The notes under the pieces: generated by a model
What the model was told of the DNA's origin: nothing
Database searches by the model: none
What the model saw: only the letters and a program-made list of their open reading frames with translations
In this document: positions 42,534 through 54,480 of the stretch, one piece after another
Position numbering within the stretch: position 1 is the first letter of the stretch
Layout of the letters: each line of letters starts with the position of its first letter
NCBI RefSeq assembly: GCF_006345805.1
Contig: NC_043007.1
Coordinates: 57,536,001-57,600,000 of the forward strand
DNA from: Octopus sinensis
Lineage: Eukaryota
Direction: 5' to 3'
Length of the DNA stretch: 64,000 nt
Program-made: the position numbers and the translations under genes

Positions 42534-44153
42534 TTATTATAGGTGTTATCATATATTCCATTTTTACAATTCTTATGTATATTGTTGATTATCCTAAATC
42601 TATTTGTGTTGTTCCTGATAGTTCTACCTCCATTAGGGGGGTTCCCCTTAGGTATAAACCAAATCTTACTTTTATATCCTGCCTTAAGCAATGCTGCATT
42701 GTATCTATCACAGTGTTTGTTAAAAATTTCCTCGTTTGAGGATAAACTAGAAATTCTCTGACTAATGCTCCTCACTAGTGCATTTTTAATTTGAGGGGGG
42801 TGATTACTTGAACGGTTAATGTATATTAGGTTAGAATTAGGTTTAATATAGGGTTCATGTAAACCATTAGTAATATTACAATTAACATCTAAATAATTAG
42901 CAGAATAATTTTCACTTTCAATGATAATGGATAGGCCGAAGCTTTTAAAAAATTTATTTATTCTTTTTTTCAGAAGATCTAATCTCCTATTTGATGTATT
43001 CCTAACACAAAATAAGGCGTCATCCCTGTATAATCCACCTTTTAATTCAGGGAATTCCCTACTAAAGTTATCTAATAGATACATCCCAACTAGATCAGTC
43101 ACCTCCGCTGAGTCCGGCGATCCCATTGTGATATCGAACAAGTTGGGTGTGTCCTTTCTAGCCCAAAGTTTATTATCAAACTCTATTAAAGTTTTCCTGG
43201 CTGTTAGTATAACCTTAATCTCCCCCATACTTAATTTAGTGTGTTTTCTAGCAAAAATTAAGGACTTATTTAATATAATAGGGTTAATGGAAGTGTAATA
43301 ATTCTGTATATCGAATTGTATAAATTTATTTCTATTATAGCTAAAGTTGTTACTGTCACAGACCTTAATGGCAGAAAACCAATCCAAAGCACCCTGAGTA
43401 TTCTTCCAAAGGTTTAGTTTGATTTTATTGCGGATGGTGGGTAGGTATTTATCCAGAATGAGTTTACTTAGTCTGCCTAAGTCAGATTTAGTGGGGCAAA
43501 TTAATCTGACCTGTGTGTTTCCAAGAAAATTCTCTTTATGATCCTTTAGTGTAATTCTCGGTCTAGATGGGGTGTAGGGTTCTGTTTTTTCTTCTAGGTA
43601 GTAGTCAAATATGATTTCTCTGATCTCCAGGTTCAGTTTTCTAAGTGTACTAGAAGGTACTACTTTGTATTTCTTGGTTATTTCCTTGTGTAGAAGATCA
43701 TGATATGCAGTAATGTCAATGTTGTAGATGTTGTTGGTTTTGTCAGAATGTGTTAGAATGCCGCTCTTACCTTTGAGAGTTCTAATTAAGTCTTTCAATT
43801 CTCTTTGGTGCTGGTTATATCTTAAAGGATGATTTCTAAATTTTATGTTTTTTACAGTCTCCCATAGTTCTTGTTCAAAATTGTCTAGATGTATATTTGG
43901 TGGAGGAGACTTCCTAGATTTAAATGTAGTGCCTGTTAGTTTTAATATTTCTTCATAGGTGCTTCCAATTCTATTACGGATCGTTTCCTCAGTGTGTTGT
44001 TGTTTATTTTATTATTATAGTTCTCATGGTGGAAATCCTCCATCTGATCCTGTGGATGAATTCATTCATTCTATAAATTAGTTCTTTAGTGTAATGGTCT
44101 TTGGTAGGGATAGGTACATCCTTCATTGATGAATTGATCAGTATTTTCTCCAT
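42503..44153 (-). CDS. PLE ORF N-terminal part and reverse transcriptase (frameshift near 44010-44035)
   Basis: ATG at 44153 gives MEKILINSSMKDVPIP...FIHRIRWR. The main frame is open from ~44008: FKSRKSPP...NIKFR...SDKTNNIY...TLKDHKENF...RLICP...QFDIQNYYTSI...FDITMGSPDSAEVTDLVG...GLYRDDAL...NYLDV...SNHPP. Confidence 0.92.
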
Positions 44154-44460
44154 TCTTCTAGCAGTAATGATCAAAGGAACAAATATACTATACTAGGGTG
44201 TATTCACATGCACTATTAATTTTTAAGTCAATAAATGGATGCTTATATTACACCAGTATGAGCAATTCAGGTTCTTCAAAAGAAAATTTAGGTTATAAAT
44301 GAGATAGGGGTTGAAAGTTCAACCCACCATGGGATAATATATATCCAATATACTGCTAGATAGGTACCCAACAAAATTAATACATAGATGTAAAAATTGT
44401 CAAACAATCAGTTCATCTATTGCATTATATGGGTAAGGTAATAATATTACCGTAAATTAA

Positions 44461-44710
44461 TACTACAAAATTAGAGAATGGAGAAATATACTTAAATCAG
44501 TAAAACATCAACTATCCGATGATACTCAATCCATACTTTAATACACCATTACATATGAGTAAAGGCAATACATAAAATGAAATGAGATATACAGTAATAG
44601 TAAAAAGATAAGAGATATAAGTAAAAAATTTTCAAATATAATATGCAAATAAATCAAAACTGACAGCTGTTTCGGCAGTGAGGACAGTCATACCTCATTT
44701 AACCTATAAG
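44461..44710 (-). repeat. Internal 5' pseudo-LTR (direct repeat of 38914-39160) with only the 3' half of the hammerhead
   Basis: tactacaaaattagagaatgg...aacctataag; ends at the tip of the stem II hairpin. Confidence 0.9.
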
Positions 44711-46229
44711 TTAAAACCTGTGGGTTTTTGTTTGTATTTTAAGAGAATTGCAATATGACATAAAATAACATATTCATTTTGGTACTTGCCTTGTAATGTG
44801 TGATTTTTGAAGTTTTCCAATATTGCATAGTATATTGCATAGTATATATATATATCTTGGGTAGATACCTAGCTCTGGATAATGTAATGATATTGTATAA
44901 TATGTAATATATGAGAGCCTTTTGTGAGTTTGGTGGGTTTAGGTTGAGATTATAGGTTTTTTTGTATGTGTTTATGGTCTTTTTGTACTCACCTTAATTT
45001 GTATCTTATGCTATTCACTGATAAACCTTTTTCATTTTTTTCATTTTCTCATTTACATGCATTATGCTTTATAATTATTACCAGCCTCATATATTTAGTT
45101 TATATCTATAGTCTTCTGGATCTGTACTTTAAACTATCCTTCCATACATATTTACTTTCAACAATATAACATATATATTCACTCTACTTATTATTTTTAT
45201 TTTTTTATTTATTTTCCATTTTATTGTAATATTATCAATTTTTGCATCTAGTCTTCTATTTATTTATTTATTTGCCTATTTAAGTGTAGATGTTTACATA
45301 CATATCAAGTCATCTAATTTGCTACCTATTTATTTTTTACTTATTTACTTATACTGGGGTAGTTTTATACATACATATCTATCATTTATTTTTATTTAAT
45401 TTTTAATAATATATGAATACATATATACTGGTTTGTACTTATAATTATGTGTATAACCGTATTTATTCCTTCTTATTTATTTTATCTCTTTTCATCTTAA
45501 GTCTTTATAATATAAAATTTATTTTTATTTAAAAATTTTTGTGATGCTCTCATAAGCGTTTACATTAATACTTCCCCTTCTATTCTTTAATGCCTTAACT
45601 GGTATATTATGGCACTATATTTATTAAGTTAATAAGTGACTTATTTATAATATTTAAATTAATATATATTTTATATTTATATTTTATAATTTAGCGTACT
45701 TAAAACCATAACAAACTTACGATAAATCTAACAACCGTATGTTTACTCTGCAACAAACCGTGTTATAAATTTTAAGTTACCCATGAATAAGTATCTGACT
45801 TAGTAACATATTGATATTTAAAAATATATTTATATCTAAATTAAATATTTTATGGAATGCATGAATGGTTCTTCTTTTATTATTGAGGCACAATATAATT
45901 TTGAAGGACTAAATTGTAGCATAGTTGCTTCCCTTTTTGTTTATCTATGTGCTAGTTGTTGCTTGTAATTATGTATGTGTATAAGTGTATGCATATACAT
46001 ATTACTATGTGTGTATGTGCGATTGATCTGTAGATGCGTGTGTGAATATTGGCGTTCCCTGACTAACCAACCGTATAATTTTCTTTTGTGATTTAAATTT
46101 CAAACCAATAGCCAATCGAATTAATCTATACTTTCTTTACCTAGTGGTCAGCATTTCTTAACTCATAGTTATTTCGATCTTGTAAGGATGGACTTGGTGC
46201 TAACTTAACTGTATCTATTTTTTATTATA

Positions 46230-46273
<44 letters not shown>

Positions 46274-46624
46274 TATTATTATAGTAATTTTTATTAACTT
46301 TTATAGCTTTAGAATCTTATGAACTGTACCACGGATTTAATTATTATTTTTCATCTCCATATATGTTAGCCTTTTTTTTTTATATATATTTAAAAAAAAC
46401 TATTAGCCAAATATGTATAATATCGGTATTTATTGATATTAATATATACACTATTATATATTTTGTTTTATTTTGTTCTGTTTACCTTCCTTTTTTGTAC
46501 AAATGTGTATTATTATTATATAAGTGTAGCTTTATGATGTATAAGTTTTTATATTTTACATTTTTATATTTTTATATTTATATGTATATGATTGTATAAT
46601 ATTTTTCACTATTATAACAAATTT

Positions 46625-46752
46625 AATTTAATTCTCTGAAGAGGCCGTGGGGCATCCTTGTTAATGCCTCATTTATACCTGCCTTTATGGCTTATAGGTT
46701 AAATGAGGTATGACTGTCCTCACTGCCGAAACAGCTGTCAGTTTTGATTTAT
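46625..46752 (+). ncRNA. Hammerhead ribozyme motif (type I, long stem II), right arm
   Basis: CTGAAGA at 46636-46642. ggccgtggggca pairs with tgtcctcactgcc and tgcctcattta with taaatgaggta. GAAA at 46728-46731, palindrome ACAGCTGT, cut after C46739. Confidence 0.8.
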
Positions 46753-47142
46753 TTGCATATTATATTTGAAAATTTTTTACTTATATCTCTTTATCTTTTT
46801 ACTATTACTGTATATCTCATTTCATTTTATGTATTGCCTTTACTCATATGTAATGGTGTATTAAAGTATGGATTGAGTATCATCGGATAGTTGATGTTTT
46901 ACTGATTTAAGTATATTTCTCCATTCTCTAATTTTGTAGTATTAATTTACGGTAATATTATTACCTTACCCATATAATGCAATAGATGAACTGATTGTTT
47001 GACATTTTAACATCTATGTATTAATTTTGTTGGGTACCTATCTAGCAGTATATTGGATATATATTATCCCATGGTGGGTTGAACTTTCAACCCCTATCTC
47101 ATTTTAATACCTATATATATATATATTATATATATATGTATA

Positions 47143-47255
47143 CGAGGGCTTTTTTCAGTTCCGTCTACCAAATACACTCACAAAGCTTTGGTCGACCCGA
47201 CGCTATAGTAGAAGACACTTGCCCAAATGCCACGCAGTGCGACTTGAACCCGGAA
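47143..47255 (-). mobile_element. SINE family B, 5' part
   Basis: cagttccgtctaccaaatacactcacaaagctttggtcgacccg...agacacttgccca...ttgaacccggaac. Confidence 0.75.
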
Positions 47256-47306
47256 CTATATATATATATGTATATATACCACACACATTCATGCATATAT
47301 ACATTC

Positions 47307-47392
<86 letters not shown>

Positions 47393-47509
47393 CCTATCTA
47401 TATAGTTGTAGACATACACACACATAATACATATGCACACACACACACGTACATATACATATGCAAAGTTGCTCTCTTAACATGCAATAAATTAGAACTT
47501 ACTTGTGCT

Positions 47510-47680
47510 GAACTTGATGAGATGAAAGCGAACCAAAACAGAGTAATTTGTGAAAGAATAGAAGAACTAGAAGAAAAGCCATCACATGAACTGCTCCACA
47601 GCGACACCAAGAATGTGAAAAATTACCACTTAGGAGAGTGGCTCCAAAGTGAAGATTCAATGAGAGAAAGAAACTAAATG
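47510..47680 (+). pseudogene. Possible RTE LINE linker fragment
   Basis: [11 protein letters not shown]...LLHSDTKNV resembles the RTE CxEIExxxxK...hxxIKxh region. Short and weak. Confidence 0.3.
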
Positions 47681-47837
47681 TTCATCTATTTCATCACTTA
47701 AACGAACAAATGTGGTCCATGTAATAAGCGACAGTATTGAAGCAAGCTCCGAAGTGGTTAGCTCCGAAATAATGCCAGAGGCAACAGTTTTGTCTTTGTT
47801 TACAGTGGCATCTTTGTAGAAAAAATATACAAACAAT

Positions 47838-48235
47838 CGTAGCTGTGTAGTTAAGAAGTTTGCTTCCCAACCACATTCTTCAAGGCTCAGCCTCACTGCA
47901 TGGCACTTTGGCCAAGTGTCACCTACCATAACCTCAGGCCAACCAATGCCTTGTGAGAGGATGTGGTAGACGAAAACTGCAAGAAGGCTGTCGTATATCC
48001 ATGTGTGTATGTCTTTATGTCTGTGTTTATCCCCTTCGCCACTGCTTGGCAACTGGTGTTGGCTTGTTTACGTCCATATAACGTAGCTGTTCGGCATTAA
48101 CAGACCGATAGAATAAGTACCAGGCATAAGACATATATAAACTGGGATCGATTCATTCGACTAAAAGTTCTTCAAGACGATGTTTCAGCACGGCCGCAGT
48201 CTAATGACTGAAACTGATACCAAATAAAAGATAAA
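47838..48235 (+). mobile_element. SINE family B, full length
   Basis: cgtagctgtgtagttaagaagtttgcttccc...ggcactttggccaagtg...gtctaatgactgaaac...ataaaagata. Confidence 0.8.
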
Positions 48236-49043
48236 CAACACTCCAGACATGTGGTCCAGTACTCCAGAAAAGGATGGATGGCAATGAACTTATTACACCA
48301 AAGATGCAAGGCGTCAGGTTTTGGCAGACACACAGCAGTACATCACCGTTTCCCAGGTAGCTGCTGCCCAAACCTCGGTTAAGATAGCAACTTGGGCTCT
48401 CCTTTCGTTCACTTTGACGCGTTGTGCCGCCTAGAGTCAGGCATGCAACCTTGTTGTTTAGGGAAAGCGAGAAATATTTTTCATAGATTTCGCTTCATAC
48501 CTAACAACTTTTTTGTCGTTGTTGCTGTTGTTCTCATATTTGTTTATTTCCGTTTAATGTTAGCGATAGTTGTCCAGCGAGTAACGTTTCAGTGCAGGTC
48601 AGAGGAACTGCAGCTATCCAGTGTTTTAGTCAGAGGAATAATATTCCCTCCCATTGCTTCATACAGTATAGTGGGCGTGTGTTCTGGTGTAGCCATGATT
48701 TAAAACACTAAAATTCACGATATAGTAACATCTTTGTTCTATTAACTACTTTAAATACTCTCCCTTTCTTCACGTAGAGAAGTAGGGGTCGTTATTTAAG
48801 GAAAAGTCGAAGAACCAAAAAATAAAACGAAACAAAATATCTCTAAAACAACTGACTTTTACGAGCTGAAGCAAAGCGCGCCAAACACAGAACAGCAAAT
48901 CGTTTTCTATTCGCAAAGAAAGGAAAGAAGGAAAGACGATACACAGAGATGTAAAAACAATAAAAATGGAACGCCAAATGCAAGAGCATCACTGCGATGA
49001 TGGTAACAGGAATGGTGGCTGTCACCGCTGTCACTAACCACCG

Positions 49044-49075
<32 letters not shown>

Positions 49076-49147
49076 ACAATAACAACACCAACAACATCAT
49101 TGATAAAAATATTTTTAAGAGACAACAACGATAATCATTGTTCTTTG

Positions 49148-49572
49148 TAATCCTGGTACAAAACCAGCAATTTTGACGGAAGGGGTAAGTTGATTATATT
49201 GAGTTCAGTACTTGACTGATACTTATTTTGTTGACCCCGATAAGATGAAAGCTGTAATCGATCTCAGATGAATTTGAAATGCAAAGAGCCGGAAGAAAAC
49301 TTCTGAGCATTTTGTCCAAGGTGCTAACGATTCTGCCAGCTCGCTAACTTAATAACGATAATAATCATTTTTCGTTCTAGACACAAGGCCTGAAATGTTG
49401 TGGGGAGGAAGATAGTCGACCATATCAACGTCAATGCTTGGCTGATACTTATTTTATCGAACATGGAAGGATGAAATGTAAAGTCGACCTCAACGGAAGT
49501 CAAAATGTAAAGACGGACGAAATGGCACTTAGCAATTTGCCCGATGCGGTAACGATTTCACCAGCACGCCGT
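49148..49572 (-). mobile_element. Two adjacent SINE family A copies (49148-49345, 49378-49572)
   Basis: Both contain tgatacttatttt...gatgaaa...gacctc/gatctc and aacgattctgccagc-like heads in reverse orientation. Confidence 0.75.
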
Positions 49573-50101
49573 CTTAAATTCAGTCTATACTGGAATCTAA
49601 AATTGGCATACAACTTCAACTAAGGCAACATTGCCTCCGTAATACTATTAAAACTTCTACAACAGATAATAAGAAATGAGAATGTTATTACTGGTGAGGA
49701 TAATGATGATGAAGAGAGATAACCGCAGTCGCATACATTTGTTTGTTACTACATAGATATATTTTATAAGATATATAAAAAAGCAAATTCACTAGAAAGT
49801 ATGTGTGGATGAAGAAAACGTACCGAAAATTTCTATACGTGTGTGTATCTGAGTGTGTGAATGTGTGTGTGTGTGTGTGTGTGTGCAAGTACATACATAC
49901 ATACATACATCATACATACACACACATATTCATACGTATGCATAAAACAAGTGCAGTGGAGAGAGATGAATGACTGAATGAATGAATGAAAGAAGAGAGA
50001 CTTATAACTGGAGAGTGGATGAGAAAGATAGAAACAGATATATAGGAGACAAGAAGACACAAAAGAGAGATAAAGAATGAATGTATGAGAGATAGAGAGA
50101 C

Positions 50102-50141
<40 letters not shown>

Positions 50142-50144
50142 GAG

Positions 50145-50187
<43 letters not shown>

Positions 50188-50720
50188 GCAGAGTGAACAA
50201 GAAAAAGGACTCGTATCTTTCCGTTGACTTCCGGAGGTGTCGTCACAAAAGCTACTCTCCCAAACGATACATCATTTAAGCAAATCGGAAGCTGCCACGT
50301 CGATCCGGTTGACACGACACTCATCAATTAGTTCGTCAATTGGCTGGTTTAGTCAGGGCAAATGAATTAATGGACTATTTATTGCTGTCTTCAGCAAATA
50401 AGTCAATTTAAGATCTATGCTGATGACAAGACGTCTTTATCTATGCATTCACCAAGAAAAACAGCCGCAACAGGACATCCGCTGGCGGCAAAAATATCTA
50501 CGCCATCTCCAACACCACACTTGCCTCTGCATATAGCCTTGCATCCTCACCACTACCACCACCATCATCGCATCACTGCCTGCTACAGACAGACATATTC
50601 CTTTCCAAAGCACCTTCATATTTCTTGTCTTCTGACTTCTCCAACTTCTCACCACCTACCTCCACTCTGTCTTGTTTTCCTATTCTTCCGCATCTTCTTT
50701 CTTATTCATTTTCTTTTCAC

Positions 50721-50784
<64 letters not shown>

Positions 50785-51456
50785 AATAATAATAATAATA
50801 ATAAATAATAATAATAATAATAATAATAATCTTCAGATCCCCCCTCTTCCTCTTATCTTCCGACCTATTGTTTTCTTTTTCATCCTCATTACACAAACCT
50901 CCTCCCTCCTTCTCCTCCCTCCTTCTCCTCCCCTCCTCTTCATCATCATCATCATAAGCAACATTATTCAATTTTCTGCACACCCCTTTCAATCACTCTA
51001 ACTTACATTCCTCTTCCCCACCCCACTCCCGTTCATATTCATTCTCTTTACTCATTATATCTTTGTCTCTCTGTCTACTTCCCTTTCTCTCTCCGTTTCT
51101 CTCACTCTATCTCTCTCCCTCTCTTTCCAGACACTAACATAGCAACCCGTATCTCACAAATAGCTGTCTAATCGTTTCTTAGCATGAAGACTATGTTGTA
51201 GTTTAGAATTCCATCATAGACACATAGATCGAATGTTACACAGCAAATTCACCTCATGCTTTTATTTTTGCTATTTCCCCCCCCCCCCCCCCTGCAATCA
51301 TAAAACACAACCACGCACACAGACATACACACATACACACACACACACACTCATATGCACACATACACACACACTCACGCATGCATAAACACAAACACAT
51401 GCACATATGTATTCAAACTAATGAGTACTCAGTTGGGCGTTCGGCCACTACAAATT

Positions 51457-51487
<31 letters not shown>

Positions 51488-51624
51488 CAGTGTACGTTTG
51501 TATATGCGTATGTATGTGTGTGTGTGTGTATGCGCGCGCGCGTTATGTGTGTATTTGTATGGAATGTATATACGTATAAATATATTCAACGTACATACAT
51601 GCATATTATGCAAACATGCATAGG

Positions 51625-51833
51625 GCGACTGGCGGGCAGATTCGGTAGCACGCCGGGCAAAATGTTTAGCGACATTTGGTCCGTAGTTACGTTCTGAGTT
51701 CAAATTCTGCTGAGGTTGATTTTGCCTTTAATTCTTATGGGGTCAATAAAATAAGTACCTGTTGAGCACTGGGGTTGATCTAATCAATTTACCTACTTCC
51801 TGAAAATTCTGACCTTGAGTCAAAATTTGAAAT
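51625..51833 (+). mobile_element. SINE family A copy
   Basis: ggcagattcggtagcacgccgggcaaaatg...ttctgagttcaaattc...ataaaataagtacc...caaaatttgaaa. Confidence 0.85.
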
Positions 51834-52172
51834 CACTTTATATATATATTTGAAATTATTTTATATATATATTTGAAATTAGTGTATGTGTTCAACGGTT
51901 TTCTTATAAGCTGACACGGTGAGTTGAATTTAACCCTAGGCGTAGTAAGAGCAACCGATGAGAATTAAAATGTTCTGCACCAAAATTCAAAATCACTGGT
52001 GTTTTGGCTATGTTCGCTAGGGAGCTGGTCTCCTCTTTCAGTCATTAAGATAGAGCTTCAGTGACTATTGAGTTGTTTTTACTCTTGTACCACTTAGCAC
52101 GTCCTGTCACATTAGTGATGTCTATAAACTTGCCTTAGGTTGTTAAGTTGCTAATAAGCCACCCATATTATT

Positions 52173-52204
<32 letters not shown>

Positions 52205-52226
52205 TGTATGTATGTATGTATGTATG

Positions 52227-52278
<52 letters not shown>

Positions 52279-52330
52279 ATCTATCTATATATATATAATA
52301 TGTATATATATATATATATGTAATATATAT

Positions 52331-52393
<63 letters not shown>

Positions 52394-52394
52394 T

Positions 52395-52530
52395 TGCAGG
52401 AGTGGCTCTGTGGTAAGTAGCTTGCTTCAGTGTGTGGCACCTTGGACAAGTGCCTTCTACTATAACCTCAAGTCGACCAAAGCCTTGTGGGTGGATTTGG
52501 TAGACGAAAACTGAAAGAAGCCCGTCGTAT
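52395..52530 (+). mobile_element. SINE family B, 5' part
   Basis: gcaggagtggctctgtggtaag...ggcaccttggacaagtg...gtggatttggtagacgaaaactgaaagaagcccgtcgtata. Confidence 0.75.
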
Positions 52531-52537
52531 ATATTTA

Positions 52538-52596
<59 letters not shown>

Positions 52597-52648
52597 TATA
52601 TCGATAGATAGATAGATAGATGATAGATAGATAGATAGATAGATAGAT

Positions 52649-52679
<31 letters not shown>

Positions 52680-52699
52680 TTTCTCTAATGAACCGGAAT

Positions 52700-54480
52700 A
52701 CCTGTGATTCGCATTTCATCAAAATCAGTGATAAAGAATTTTAATTGAAGTTCTTTCCCTCTTTACATACCCTAACAAAAATTCTAATCATAACATATTT
52801 ATCCCACACTACTCATTTACAGATTTCAAAGTCCAAATCTTATAATCTTATAAAGCCTATTCAAAGTTCTTGCTCCTGAAAAATGGAGCACATGGAGCTC
52901 TAAAATGTAGGAGTTAAGGCCCCTATTAGGGGTGGATCTTAATGTCAACCAGAGAAGTTAAATTGTTGGGTATCTTTTTTAACTTGTGTCTAATATCTAT
53001 TGCTCAAATTTCTTTGAAATCGGAAATATATGAATGTTCACTGGGTTTGTAAAAGAGAGCTAGAGGAAACCAAAAACTGAATGATCATAATAAGCAGTCA
53101 GCTACCCAACCCTAGTCGTTACCACTACCCGCTGTAGGATTTCTCAACAAACAGGTGACTGGAACAGTCGTAAGATGCATTACGGATCTATAGCAATTGG
53201 AAGGGCGTGACCCAACTCAAATAAACATTAACAACTCTGTGACGTGAGGGCTAAGAGGAAATGAAAGTGTCACATCTGGGGTTTACCAATGATCACTATG
53301 CCGATAAGTAAATGAACAGAATAAATTTGCAGTCTATAAATCTCTTTGAATGACCAATCACTTAACTGGAAAGGCCTTGAAATCAATGTTACCATCTGAG
53401 GATTATCTCTGACCCAGGAGGTCTGCAACCAAGTAACTTTACTCAACTAAATAAGTGGAGGCAAAGATGCCTCTCCTTTATTTGACAATTTATGTACCAC
53501 TTTGCAGAAATCAGAATCTAAGTATATCTCAAAGCAAACTCTTACACTGTTGTAGCATTGAATTACAAATAACACTCATCTTGTATGCTCGGGTGATTCT
53601 ACAGCTTCCAAGACTACAGTTGTATTAGTCTTGGCTTTGGAAAAATGACTAAATTGTGGGAGTTAAGCCGCCGTTAAGGGGTTTTACTAACCTCGTAAGA
53701 AGTTGAAATTTTAGGAATATTGTTTCATTTGTATCTAATAGCTATGGTTAAAATTTCAGCAAAATACATTAATGTTCATGGAGGTTATGGCCTTATTTAT
53801 GACCTTCACTTCCAAATATATAATGCACTACATCCGCCCTTATGCATAGAATATAATTTCCAAATTTCATAAAGATCCATTCAGTACTTTTGACCTTGTT
53901 TTGGATCATAAAAAGTAACCAAAATGTAGGAGTTAAGGCCCCCATTAGGGGTTCTTGAATCCTCATGGGAAGTAGAAACTTTGGTAATACTTCTTGATTT
54001 GTATCAATTACCTACGGTTGGAATTTATGAATTTTCATGGGGGCTTCTGCACCCTTTTAGCCCCACTCAAATTCAACCCAAACATACTACATTATACCCG
54101 CCCATATGCATTGAATCTAAGTTCCAAAGTCGTAAGGATCCATTCAGTAATTTTGGTCTATGAAAAATGACTAAAATTTGGGGGTTAAGGTCCCATTATG
54201 AGGTCTTAGAATCATCCAAAGAAATGGAAAATTTGAATATATTTAAAATTTATTTCTAATATCTATGGTTCAAATTTCATCAAAATCCGAAGAATATGAA
54301 TTTTCACGTGGGGTTCTGCCCCGCTTTATGCCCCCTCAAAATTGTATGAAACATACGGCATTACTCTTCTCCCTAGGCTTGCATTTTGTGTTGGATTTTG
54401 TGTTCATTAGGATCGGTCCAGTAGTCTTCGAGTCTATAAGTAACACACAAACATACAGACATTGACTTTTATATAAATAG
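52700..54480 (+). mobile_element. Helitron/Helentron-like non-autonomous element with degenerate ~250-280-bp internal repeats
   Basis: Unit core aaaatgt(a/g)ggagttaaggcccc.attagggg at ~52902, 53652, 53921 and 54173. The end gatcggtccagtagt...acacacaaacatacagacattgacttttatata resembles Lep1/DINE-1-type termini. Confidence 0.5.

Larger units (their letters stand above)
38914..47110 (-). mobile_element. Penelope-like retroelement (Naiad-type) with ~2.2-kb inverted arms, inserted in (TA)n
   Basis: RT+GIY-YIG ORF on the minus strand. 38914-~41133 is inverted at ~44720-46940. 38914-39160 is directly repeated at 44461-44710. 46941-47110 is an inverted copy of ~44290-44460. TA repeats at both ends. 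Confidence 0.93.

Noticed and set aside
52900-54200. CRISPR-like repeat-spacer array
   Set aside because: Eukaryotic context, spacing of 250 bp or more, intervening sequences homologous to one another, and no cas genes.
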